DNA of 32,000 nucleotides from Candidatus Nanobsidianus stetteri. GTDB taxonomy: Archaea; Nanobdellota; Nanobdellia; Nanobdellales; Nanobdellaceae. A model generated the notes under the pieces. The model was not told where the DNA came from and did not search any database. It was given only the letters and a program-made list of their open reading frames with translations. The position numbers and the translations under genes are program-made. Shown in pieces: positions 14,357-22,668 of this stretch. Location of the stretch: assembly GCA_000387965.1 (NCBI GenBank), contig APJZ01000004.1:1-32000 (forward strand), written 5' to 3'. Position 1 is the first letter of the stretch; every line of letters starts with the position of its first letter.

Positions 14357-16000
14357 TTATAGATTTTTTATATAGTTTAATATTTCTTTAATTGAAAAAG
14401 GCTCTCCAGAATGTTTTAATAATCTATTTTCAATTTCAATTCCCAATTCTTGTCTTATTAATTTTGATAATTGTCCAGTTAAATTATGCTCGATTGATAC
14501 TATTTCTTTTGATTCTTCTAATAAATATTTGATTTCTTTTGGAAATGGAGATAGATAAGATATATGCAAATATTTCCAACCTTTTAAATATTTTAACGAT
14601 TCTAATATTGGCATCTTATTTGAACCCCAAGAGACAATTAACTTATTTCCTTCCCCATATATTTGATATGGTTCGAATTCTTTTATTTCCTTTTCAATTG
14701 ATTCTAATTTTTTCATTCTCTTTTCACTCATTTTTTGTCCAATTTCATGATTTTCTGTTTCTATACCAAATTCATCATGTTCATATGATGATGCTTTTAC
14801 AATCGCATCAAAACCAGGTATCGCCCTTAATTGATAACCCTGATCATTTATTTTATAATTTTGATAATTCTTTGGAGGTTCTAAATCTATATATCTTGAT
14901 ATTTCTATATTTGGTACATATATATAATCAAAATTCATTTTTGATTCTCCTAAAAATAGATCTGACAATAATATTACTGGATTATTAAATTTATATGCGA
15001 TATGGAATGCTTCAATTGTCTTTTCAAAAGCTTCTGCAGGATCTCCAGGTGCAATAACAATTCTAGGAAATTCCCCATGGCCAATATTTAATGCTTCTAA
15101 TAGATCTGATTGATCTGTATGTGTTGCCATACCTGTTGAAGGTCCATATCTCTGAGCCCAGTAAATTACTAAAGGAATTTCTGACATACCTGATAAACTA
15201 ATTGCCTCTGCCATTAAATCTATACCACCTCCAGAAGATCCAACCATTACTTTTGCACCCGCATAAGATGCTCCTAAAGCAATATTAATTGCACCAATTT
15301 CACTATCAGGTTGATATGTTACAATATTATATTTATCCCTTAAAGATGCTAAAATATGTAAAACTGGAGAAGCGGGAGTCATTGGATATGCAATATATAT
15401 ATCTAAACCGGCAGCAATTGCTCCCAATGCAACTCCTTCGGAACCAGATAAATAAAATTGTTTCTTATATATTCTTTTTTCTATATTTTCTTTACTATTA
15501 ATATTTAAATCATTATAAATTATATCAATTAATTTTAATTCTTCAGGATCATTTATTCTTTTTTCAAATACATCCTTAACTATTTCTTTATCTATATTTA
15601 AATATTTAAAAAATGCTAATAAGATAATTGTATTCCCATATTTTTTATCAACATTATATTTTTTATAATAATAATCTAAATCTACATCAATTTTTTTATT
15701 ATATACAACATTTTTTGGTCCAATTATTAATCCATTTTCCTTTAATTTTTTACTATGTAAATTTACGGTATTTTGATCAAATGCAATTATATAATCAAAA
15801 TCTTCAAAATATGGGGCATATATTTTTTCTTTAGATATACTAATAATATTATAATTATGTCCTCCCCTAATTAAACTCATATACCATCTATAATTAAATA
15901 CATTGTATCCCAATTTAATGAATACCCTTGATATTATATCTGCAGTAAAATCAATTCCCTGACCAGCCTGACCACCTATTAAAATATTTAGATCTACCAT
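14357..16000 (-). CDS. 2-oxoacid:ferredoxin oxidoreductase alpha subunit (fused gamma-alpha type)
   Basis: The N-terminal gamma-like domain has ILIGGQAGQGIDFTADII. The alpha domain follows with LSGSEGVALGAIAAGLDIYIAYPMTPASPVLH and GSSGGGIDLMAEAISLSGMSEIPLVIYWAQRYGPSTG. Confidence 0.85.
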   Translation of the reverse strand: MVDLNILIGGQAGQGIDFTADIISRVFIKLGYNVFNYRWYMSLIRGGHNYNIISISKEKIYAPYFEDFDYIIAFDQNTVNLHSKKLKENGLIIGPKNVVYNKKIDVDLDYYYKKYNVDKKYGNTIILLAFFKYLNIDKEIVKDVFEKRINDPEELKLIDIIYNDLNINSKENIEKRIYKKQFYLSGSEGVALGAIAAGLDIYIAYPMTPASPVLHILASLRDKYNIVTYQPDSEIGAINIALGASYAGAKVMVGSSGGGIDLMAEAISLSGMSEIPLVIYWAQRYGPSTGMATHTDQSDLLEALNIGHGEFPRIVIAPGDPAEAFEKTIEAFHIAYKFNNPVILLSDLFLGESKMNFDYIYVPNIEISRYIDLEPPKNYQNYKINDQGYQLRAIPGFDAIVKASSYEHDEFGIETENHEIGQKMSEKRMKKLESIEKEIKEFEPYQIYGEGNKLIVSWGSNKMPILESLKYLKGWKYLHISYLSPFPKEIKYLLEESKEIVSIEHNLTGQLSKLIRQELGIEIENRLLKHSGEPFSIKEILNYIKNL

Positions 16001-16060
16001 TATTTTTTAATAAACTATAGCATATTTAAGATAATATTTTACCAAATTAGTAGTAAATTA

Positions 16061-17365
16061 TCAATATAATGTTTTTTCTAATAAATTTTCTTCCTTTATT
16101 TCTATTAATTCACCCCTTAAATCAATTGGTGTAGCATTATTAATTTTTACTTTTATTGTTTTTCCCAAAATATTTTTATCAGATTTTACTATAATTTGCT
16201 TGTATGCATAGTTTCTAGCAATCCATGTATTTTCATATTTTCCTTTTGATTCTACAATTGCATATCCCTCCCAATTTATCCATTGTTTATTTCTTTCATA
16301 TGAATATTTATTAAATATAATTTTTAATTTTCTAGATCTTTCTTTTACAATATGACCTGGTAATTGTTTATATAATTTAGATGATAATGTTTTTGGTCTT
16401 GACCAATATTTTGATATATTTATTATATCAAATTTTATATTTTCAACTAATTCTAATGTTTTTCTAAAATCTTCTTCAGTTTCTGTAGGATATCCAACAA
16501 TTATATCTGTTGCAATTGCTCCTTCATAATATTTTTTCCTTATTTTTTCAACCAATTCATAGAAATCTTCAATACTATATCCCCTACCCATAGTTTTTAA
16601 TACATTATTCGATCCCGATTGAACTGGTATATGAAAGAATTTAAATATATTTTCATTATCATAAGATTCCAATAATTTATCAATAAATTTATTTAAAATT
16701 CCTGGATTCGCCATTCCAACCCTTACATAATATTCTCCCTTAATATCTTTTAATCCAAATAATAAATCTGCTAAATCAATATTTAAATCATAACCATACG
16801 TTGCCAGATCTGTTCCTGTAAAATATATAATTTTTAATCCTTTTAATTTTGCATCTCTTACTTCTTTATAAATATATTCTGGGGGATATGATTTTGCATT
16901 ACCTCTTGCCAATTTTGTAGCACAATATAAACAATTCCATAAACATCCTTCCTGTAATATTATTGTTTTTATTGGATATTGATCTACAGAAGGTAATAGC
17001 AATTTATTTATATTTTTTCTATCAATTAGTACATCTATTTTTCCATTTAAATAATCTTCTAAAACTTTATCTACTTCGTCTATATGATCTAAACCAATCA
17101 ATGGATATCCTTTAAATAGTTCGGGTTGATGTTGTACTAAACAACCTGCCAAAATTAATTTTTTATCTTTATATTTATTTATTAATTTTATTGCTTTTGA
17201 TTCCGTCGGTCCTTTAACAGTACAGGTATTTATTATTAATATTTCACTTTCATCAGGATTTTCTGTATATTGATATCCTTTTTTAATTAGTATATTTTTC
17301 ATTATATCTCCCTCAGCTTTATTCAATGTACATCCCAGAGTAATTATACTAAATTTCATAATCAA
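16061..17365 (-). CDS. MiaB-like tRNA methylthiotransferase (archaeal/eukaryal MtaB, CDKAL1 type)
   Basis: UPF0004 N-domain (ITLGCTLNKAEGD), radical SAM CLWNCLYC (CxxxCxxC) and a TRAM-like C-terminus. The start could be M1 or M3. Confidence 0.85.
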   Translation of the reverse strand: MIMKFSIITLGCTLNKAEGDIMKNILIKKGYQYTENPDESEILIINTCTVKGPTESKAIKLINKYKDKKLILAGCLVQHQPELFKGYPLIGLDHIDEVDKVLEDYLNGKIDVLIDRKNINKLLLPSVDQYPIKTIILQEGCLWNCLYCATKLARGNAKSYPPEYIYKEVRDAKLKGLKIIYFTGTDLATYGYDLNIDLADLLFGLKDIKGEYYVRVGMANPGILNKFIDKLLESYDNENIFKFFHIPVQSGSNNVLKTMGRGYSIEDFYELVEKIRKKYYEGAIATDIIVGYPTETEEDFRKTLELVENIKFDIINISKYWSRPKTLSSKLYKQLPGHIVKERSRKLKIIFNKYSYERNKQWINWEGYAIVESKGKYENTWIARNYAYKQIIVKSDKNILGKTIKVKINNATPIDLRGELIEIKEENLLEKTLY

Positions 17366-17381
17366 ATTTTTTCAAAAATTT

Positions 17382-18029
17382 TTATATATATTCATCCAGC
17401 CTTTTATTTTTATATTTATTTAAATATTCTCTATATTTTTCTTCATTATATTTTACTTCAATAATATCTAATCTTTTAATTGGTTTTAATTTATCACAAT
17501 ATTTAACCACAATATAATAAAATATATATTTTGATGATACATTTAGGAAATGTGGTATAACTAAATATAAACCATTATCAGGTATTTCTTTATTTTTAAC
17601 TACTAACCAAAATAGATCCTCTAATATTCTTATATTTATTCTTAAATTATTTAATTTCTTAATTTCTTCATTATCTATATCTGAAAAATCTATAAAACTC
17701 TTTATTTTTTCTCTACCAATTTTTTCCAATTGTTCTGCTTTTTCTTCAATATATACTGCATATTTTAAATATTTTTCATTTTCTTCTGGCTTAGCTATCA
17801 ATAAATATATATTAATTAAAAATAGTCTGATTATTTCAAAAATTTCATCATCTATTTTTGGAAATTCATTTAATGTTTTCTCTATATATTCATAAAATAT
17901 AAACAATTCAACTTTTTCTCCTTTTTTTATATAATCTTTTTCATTTATACAATATGTGTAAAAATGTTTCTTTTCAAGATCATTTTTTGGATTCATAAAA
18001 TATATACATTTTTCAGAATTATTAAACAT
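17382..18029 (-). CDS. Hypothetical protein
   Basis: 215-aa ORF, 16 nt upstream of the MtaB gene on the same strand. No recognisable motif. An alternative start exists at Met12. Confidence 0.55.
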   Translation of the reverse strand: MFNNSEKCIYFMNPKNDLEKKHFYTYCINEKDYIKKGEKVELFIFYEYIEKTLNEFPKIDDEIFEIIRLFLINIYLLIAKPEENEKYLKYAVYIEEKAEQLEKIGREKIKSFIDFSDIDNEEIKKLNNLRINIRILEDLFWLVVKNKEIPDNGLYLVIPHFLNVSSKYIFYYIVVKYCDKLKPIKRLDIIEVKYNEEKYREYLNKYKNKRLDEYI

Positions 18030-18347
18030 ATGTCGGAAGAAATAAAATTGTTAGCAAAAATGCTAAAAGATGATCCAGATTACTTTAAAGTTCTAAATCA
18101 CTTGAAGATAGCAAATTTGGATTATGCAAAAAATATATCAAAATATACAAAAATTGATATTAATAAAGTAAATAAGATATTAGAAGAATTAAAGGAAATT
18201 GGATTGGTTGAAGAAGTACATAGTAGAACAGTTAAGAGATCAAAAGCAAGGTTAAAAAAGCAATTTGAGGTTAGAATGCATCATACATATTATAAATTAA
18301 CATTATTGGGAAAACAAGTATATAAATATTTAAGAGATAATAACTAA
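18030..18347 (+). CDS. Small winged-helix DNA-binding protein
   Basis: MSEEIKLLAKMLKDDPDYFKVLNHL...INKVNKILEELKEIGLVEEV...HHTYYKLTLLGKQVYKYL has a wHTH-like pattern. The track ORF starts at 17964, but the first 22 residues are antisense to the neighbouring gene, so Met23 is preferred. Confidence 0.6.
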   Translation: MSEEIKLLAKMLKDDPDYFKVLNHLKIANLDYAKNISKYTKIDINKVNKILEELKEIGLVEEVHSRTVKRSKARLKKQFEVRMHHTYYKLTLLGKQVYKYLRDNN

Positions 18348-18348
18348 T

Positions 18349-18966
18349 ATGCCCATACTATGTTTAATAAGACATGGTGAATCATTATGGAATAAAGAAA
18401 ATAGATTTACTGGATGGGTAGATGTACCATTAACAGATGAAGGAAGAGAACAGGCAAAAAAGGCTGGGGAAATATTAAAAAGTTTAGATATAAAATTTGA
18501 TATTGCATATACAAGCTTATTATCAAGAGCAATTGAAACATTGGAAATTATTATAAGAACATTAGGGTATAATATTCCAGTGATAAAGGATATTAGTTTA
18601 AATGAAAGACATTATGGAGACCTACAGGGATTAAATAAGGATAAAGTTTCAGAAATATATGGAAAAGAACAGGTAAAATTATGGAGGAGAAGTTTAAAAG
18701 TAAGACCTCCAAATGGAGAAAGTTTAGAAGATACACAAAAAAGAACTATACCTTTTTTTGAAAGGGCAATAAAGGGAGATTTAGAATTAAATAAAAATGT
18801 TTTAGTTGTTGCTCATGGAAATAGTTTAAGGTCAATTGTTTCATATATTGAAAATTTAAATGAAGAACAAATATTAAATTTAGAAATTGAACCTGCAGTA
18901 CCTATTTTATATGATTATGATATATATAATAAGAAGTTTTATAATAAGAGAATATTAAAAATTTAA
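18349..18966 (+). CDS. gpmA: 2,3-bisphosphoglycerate-dependent phosphoglycerate mutase (histidine phosphatase superfamily), compact form
   Basis: LIRHGESLWNKENRFTGWVDVPLTDEGREQA, LNERHYGDLQGLNKDKVSEIYGKEQVKLWRRS and VVAHGNSLRSIV are classic dPGM motifs. Confidence 0.85.
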   Translation: MPILCLIRHGESLWNKENRFTGWVDVPLTDEGREQAKKAGEILKSLDIKFDIAYTSLLSRAIETLEIIIRTLGYNIPVIKDISLNERHYGDLQGLNKDKVSEIYGKEQVKLWRRSLKVRPPNGESLEDTQKRTIPFFERAIKGDLELNKNVLVVAHGNSLRSIVSYIENLNEEQILNLEIEPAVPILYDYDIYNKKFYNKRILKI

Positions 18967-18969
18967 TAT

Positions 18970-19044
18970 GCCGCGGTGCCCGAGTGGCCTAAGGGGGAGG
19001 GCTGCAGACCCTCTTCATCAGGGGTTCGAATCCCCTCCGCGGCT
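18970..19044 (+). tRNA. tRNA-Cys (anticodon GCA)
   Basis: Manual cloverleaf. Acceptor GCCGCGG/CCGCGGC has 7 GC-rich pairs. The D arm is CCC..GGG with A14, G18G19 and A21. The anticodon stem is GAGGG/CCCTC with loop CTGCAGA. The T arm is AGGGG-TTCGAAT-CCCCT. The discriminator is U73, as expected for tRNA-Cys. CCA is not encoded and the variable region is 6 nt. Confidence 0.85.
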
Positions 19045-20629
19045 ATTTTGTTATAAAATCTTTTCCAACATATTGCCTTAATATTCCAGGTATTAATATT
19101 CTATTATTTTTATAATCATAGTTATTTTCTATTATACATGTTAATGTTCTTTGTATTGCAGATAACGTACAATTTAATGTATGTACATAATCTAAACTAT
19201 TATCTTTTCTTCTATATCTAATATTTGATCTTCTTGATTGCCAATCTGTTACATTTGATCCAGATATTAATTCTCTATATTTATTTTGTCCTGGAAACCA
19301 TCCTTCAATATCATATTGTTTATAATTTCTCTTTCCCATATCCATTGATGCAATTATAACGGTTCTATATGGTATATTCAATTTTTCTAAAAATTCTTCT
19401 GCATTTCTTATTAATTCTCTATGATACTTTTCAGAATCTTCTGGTTTACAAAATATATACTGTTCAATTTTATGGAATTGATGTAACCTAAATAATCCTT
19501 TTGTATCTTTACCATGTGCACCTGCCTCTTTTCTAAAACATGGACTCCATCCAACAATTTTAATTGGTAATTGCTCTTCCTCAATAATTCTATTATAATA
19601 TAATGCAGTTATTGGATGTTCAGCAGTTCCTATCAAATATAGATCTTCTCCATCAATTTTATACATCATATCTGCAAAATCGTCCAATGTTATTATTCCT
19701 TCTAATATATCTCTTTTTAACATATACGGTGGTATTGTAAATCTATAACCTTTATTTATCATGTATTTTACACCTTCTATACTTAATGATAAATCCAATA
19801 AAGATAATATACTAAATTCAAAGTAAAATCTAGAACCTGAAACTTCTCCGGCAACATCTGTATCTGCTAAATTAAATTCTTTTAATATATCATATTGATG
19901 CTTTAATTCATGATTTACCTTTTTATATACTACTATTTTATCATTATTTAGTTTACCAAAATCTAATACATCATTGAAATTTATTTCTTTAAAATCTTCT
20001 TCATCATTTAAAATTTTATTTAATTCTTCAAGTAGTTCTCTATTTTTTATATATTTTTCATATTCCTTATTATTTAATATTTCATTTAATTCAACAATTT
20101 TCCATCCAAACTTTTCAGTCTGTTCTTTAAATAAATTTATATCATATACCCTAGGAATCCCCCAGAATTTTATTGGTGCGTTTTTACTTTCATCTCCGAC
20201 AGGAACATCATTTGATAATAAATTTGGAAAATTCCATAATAGATCTATTAAATTATTCTCAACATTATTAAATTCTTCCTCTTTTTTCTTTATTTCTTCA
20301 TCTAAATCTTTTATATCTTCCCTTAATTTATTTAATAATTCCTCTGAAACATTTCCTTCATGTATATCATATCCAACTTCTATTGCTGTTTTAATTAAGG
20401 TATTTCTATCTATTTTCCCATTTATATATTGAACAACAGATCCATAAAACTTTGATAATAGATTTTTCTTATATCTTAATTTATCTAATTCTTTTTGTAA
20501 CTCTCTTCTTTTATTATCTAACTCAATTGCTCTATCTACAATATTTTCATCTAAACCTCTTTTTCTAAATGTTTCTTTATATAATTCTATATTGTTCCTT
20601 AAAAAATCTATATCAACTGGAAGCCCCAT
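19043..20629 (-). CDS. serS: Seryl-tRNA synthetase with lineage-specific insertions
   Basis: N-terminal coiled-coil arm, then class II motifs: SGSRFYF, GTAEHPI, SPCFRKEAGAHGKDTKGLFRLHQFHKIEQ, YRELISGSNVTDWQSRR, HTLNCTLSAIQRTL. At 528 aa it is longer than the roughly 425-460 aa typical of SerRS. Confidence 0.9.
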   Translation of the reverse strand: MGLPVDIDFLRNNIELYKETFRKRGLDENIVDRAIELDNKRRELQKELDKLRYKKNLLSKFYGSVVQYINGKIDRNTLIKTAIEVGYDIHEGNVSEELLNKLREDIKDLDEEIKKKEEEFNNVENNLIDLLWNFPNLLSNDVPVGDESKNAPIKFWGIPRVYDINLFKEQTEKFGWKIVELNEILNNKEYEKYIKNRELLEELNKILNDEEDFKEINFNDVLDFGKLNNDKIVVYKKVNHELKHQYDILKEFNLADTDVAGEVSGSRFYFEFSILSLLDLSLSIEGVKYMINKGYRFTIPPYMLKRDILEGIITLDDFADMMYKIDGEDLYLIGTAEHPITALYYNRIIEEEQLPIKIVGWSPCFRKEAGAHGKDTKGLFRLHQFHKIEQYIFCKPEDSEKYHRELIRNAEEFLEKLNIPYRTVIIASMDMGKRNYKQYDIEGWFPGQNKYRELISGSNVTDWQSRRSNIRYRRKDNSLDYVHTLNCTLSAIQRTLTCIIENNYDYKNNRILIPGILRQYVGKDFITK

Positions 20630-20749
20630 CTGACCGATATACCATTATAAATTAATAAATTTTTATCCTTTTAAATATTTAAGATTAAAAATTTTATGCT
20701 AATAATATACGTTTATGGCTAATATGATAATATCAAATAATATAGAACA

Positions 20750-21010
20750 ATGAAGAATAAAAAGTATGAATATGTACCTTGTTATTATTGTGGAAGAATG
20801 GTGAGATTGGATAAGGCAATTAAACTAACAATTTCGCCAAAACTAAAACCAGATGTTTCTGGAGAACAGAGTCCTACATTAATTCTATCAAGTCCGATAA
20901 AAATATATATTTGCCCTGCATGTGCAAGGTATAGGGGAATTTCTAAGAAAGATATAAAAAATAAAAATAAAGAACAAGAAATTTTGAAGAAATTGGGAAT
21001 TGAAGTGTAA
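20750..21010 (+). CDS. rps26e: Ribosomal protein eS26, N-terminally short
   Basis: VPCYYCGRMVRLDKAIK and IYICPACARYRGI match the two Cys pairs and the DKAI motif of S26e. The basic N-terminal segment seen in other S26e proteins is missing. Confidence 0.65.
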   Translation: MKNKKYEYVPCYYCGRMVRLDKAIKLTISPKLKPDVSGEQSPTLILSSPIKIYICPACARYRGISKKDIKNKNKEQEILKKLGIEV

Positions 21011-22668
21011 TGGTTATTTTAGATGTATCTTTAAATGAATTATATAAACTATTAAATAAAAATTTATCTGAAGAAGAATTAAATGAATATTTGTTAAATA
21101 TAAAATGCGAATTGGATGAAATTGAAGGAAATAATGCGAAAATTGAAGTAAAAGATTTTAATAGAATTGATCTATATAGTTTATCTGGAATTGCTAGAGA
21201 ATTAAAGGGAATATTAAATATTGAAACTGGTATCCCAAAATTTGAAATAAGAGATTCTAATTATGATTTAATTGTTGATAAAGAAATATTGAATGTAAGA
21301 CCATATATTGTTGGTGCAATTGTTAAAGATGTAAAATTAAATGAAGATAGATTAAAAGATTTAATACAATTACAAGAAAAAATATCACAATCTTTTGGAA
21401 GAAATAGGCAAAAAGTTGCAATTGGTACACATAATTTTGATCTGATTAAATTTCCTGTTTATTATAAATTAACAGATCCTGAAACAAGATTTATTCCTTT
21501 GGGATTTAATAGAGAATTATCTTTAAGAGAAATTTTAGAAAATACAGAAGCTGGTAAAAAATATTCATATATTTTAAATAAATATAATAAGTATCCAATA
21601 TTAATTGATTCGAATAATAATATTATTTCATTTCCACCAATAATAAATTCAAATAAAATTGGAAGGCTAGATATTAATACAAGGAATATTTTCATAGATG
21701 TTTCTGGTACAGATTTAGAAAAAATACTATTAGCATTAAATGTAATTGTATTAGCATTAAAAGATTTCGGAGGGGAAATATATTCAATTAATGTAATATA
21801 TCCGGATAAAAAAATTAAAACGCCAGAATTAAAGGTTATTAAAAAGGAAATGGATTTAAATAAAATTAAAAAATATTTGGGAATAGAATTAGATAGTAAT
21901 AAAATTATTGAATATTTAAATAAAAAAAGAATGAATGCAAAAATTGAAAATAATAAATTAATCATCGAATATTTAAATTATAGGGATGATATATTATCTG
22001 AATATGATATAATTGAAGAAATATTGATTTCTTATGGATATAATAATTTAAAACCGAGGGAAATTAAAGTATATACAAAGGGAGAATTAAGTAGAGAAAG
22101 AAAGATTATGAATAATATAAGAAAGATAATGGTTAATATGGGATGTATAGAAATATACACTCCAATATTATCTAATAAGGATATAAATAGTTTATTAAAT
22201 GAAGATAGAGAAATTATTGAATTAATAAATCCAGTATCCTCATCTTATAATTCAATTAGAGGATATTTATTATCATCTTTCTTACAATTATTATCTGAAA
22301 ATAATGAATTAAAGTTCCCTGCGAAAATATTTGAACTAAATAGAGTTTCATATATTAAAGATAATAAAATCATTGAAGATCTAAATTTATTATATATTTA
22401 TTCTGATTATGAAGTTTCTGTGAATAATTCGTTAAAAGTATTAAAAAGATTATTTAAAGAATTAAAAATTGATTTTGATATAAGAAATTCAAATCATAAA
22501 TTTTTAATAGATGGAAGACAAGGAGATATATTCGTAAATAATGAAAATATTGGATGGATTGGGGAAATTGATCCAAATATATTAGAAAAATTGAGTATAA
22601 AATATCCATTAACTGGTTTTGAAATAGGTATAAAAAAATTGATGAAATATATTAAATATGATATCTGA
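21010..22668 (+). CDS. pheT: Phenylalanyl-tRNA synthetase beta subunit (archaeal type)
   Basis: 552 aa with archaeal PheT architecture and motifs. Its start overlaps the rps26e stop (TAATG) and its end overlaps pheS by 11 nt. Confidence 0.85.
   Translation: MVILDVSLNELYKLLNKNLSEEELNEYLLNIKCELDEIEGNNAKIEVKDFNRIDLYSLSGIARELKGILNIETGIPKFEIRDSNYDLIVDKEILNVRPYIVGAIVKDVKLNEDRLKDLIQLQEKISQSFGRNRQKVAIGTHNFDLIKFPVYYKLTDPETRFIPLGFNRELSLREILENTEAGKKYSYILNKYNKYPILIDSNNNIISFPPIINSNKIGRLDINTRNIFIDVSGTDLEKILLALNVIVLALKDFGGEIYSINVIYPDKKIKTPELKVIKKEMDLNKIKKYLGIELDSNKIIEYLNKKRMNAKIENNKLIIEYLNYRDDILSEYDIIEEILISYGYNNLKPREIKVYTKGELSRERKIMNNIRKIMVNMGCIEIYTPILSNKDINSLLNEDREIIELINPVSSSYNSIRGYLLSSFLQLLSENNELKFPAKIFELNRVSYIKDNKIIEDLNLLYIYSDYEVSVNNSLKVLKRLFKELKIDFDIRNSNHKFLIDGRQGDIFVNNENIGWIGEIDPNILEKLSIKYPLTGFEIGIKKLMKYIKYDI

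Noticed and set aside
14539-15834. Plus-strand ORFs 14539..14988, 15289..15501 and 15628..15834 from the six-frame track
   Set aside because: All lie antisense inside the well-supported oxidoreductase alpha gene. Their products are low-complexity Leu/Phe/Ile/Tyr strings, typical of shadow ORFs in AT-rich DNA.
17964-18029. Longer start (17964) for the wHTH gene and longer start (1960) for rfbD as given by the ORF track
   Set aside because: The extra N-terminal residues (MFLFKIIFWIHKIYTFFRIIKH and MNCEKNFIFLILNNLI) overlap neighbouring genes and look like non-native hydrophobic read-through. Canonical family N-termini begin at the internal Met. This remains uncertain.
19974-20432. Plus-strand 152-aa ORF inside serS
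   Set aside because: It is antisense to the Lys/Glu-rich coiled-coil region of SerRS. Its Ser/Phe-rich low-complexity translation is a mirror-image artefact.
21462-21965. Minus-strand 167-aa ORF inside pheT
   Set aside because: It is antisense to a confidently assigned PheRS beta gene, has a hydrophobic low-complexity product and no promoter element.
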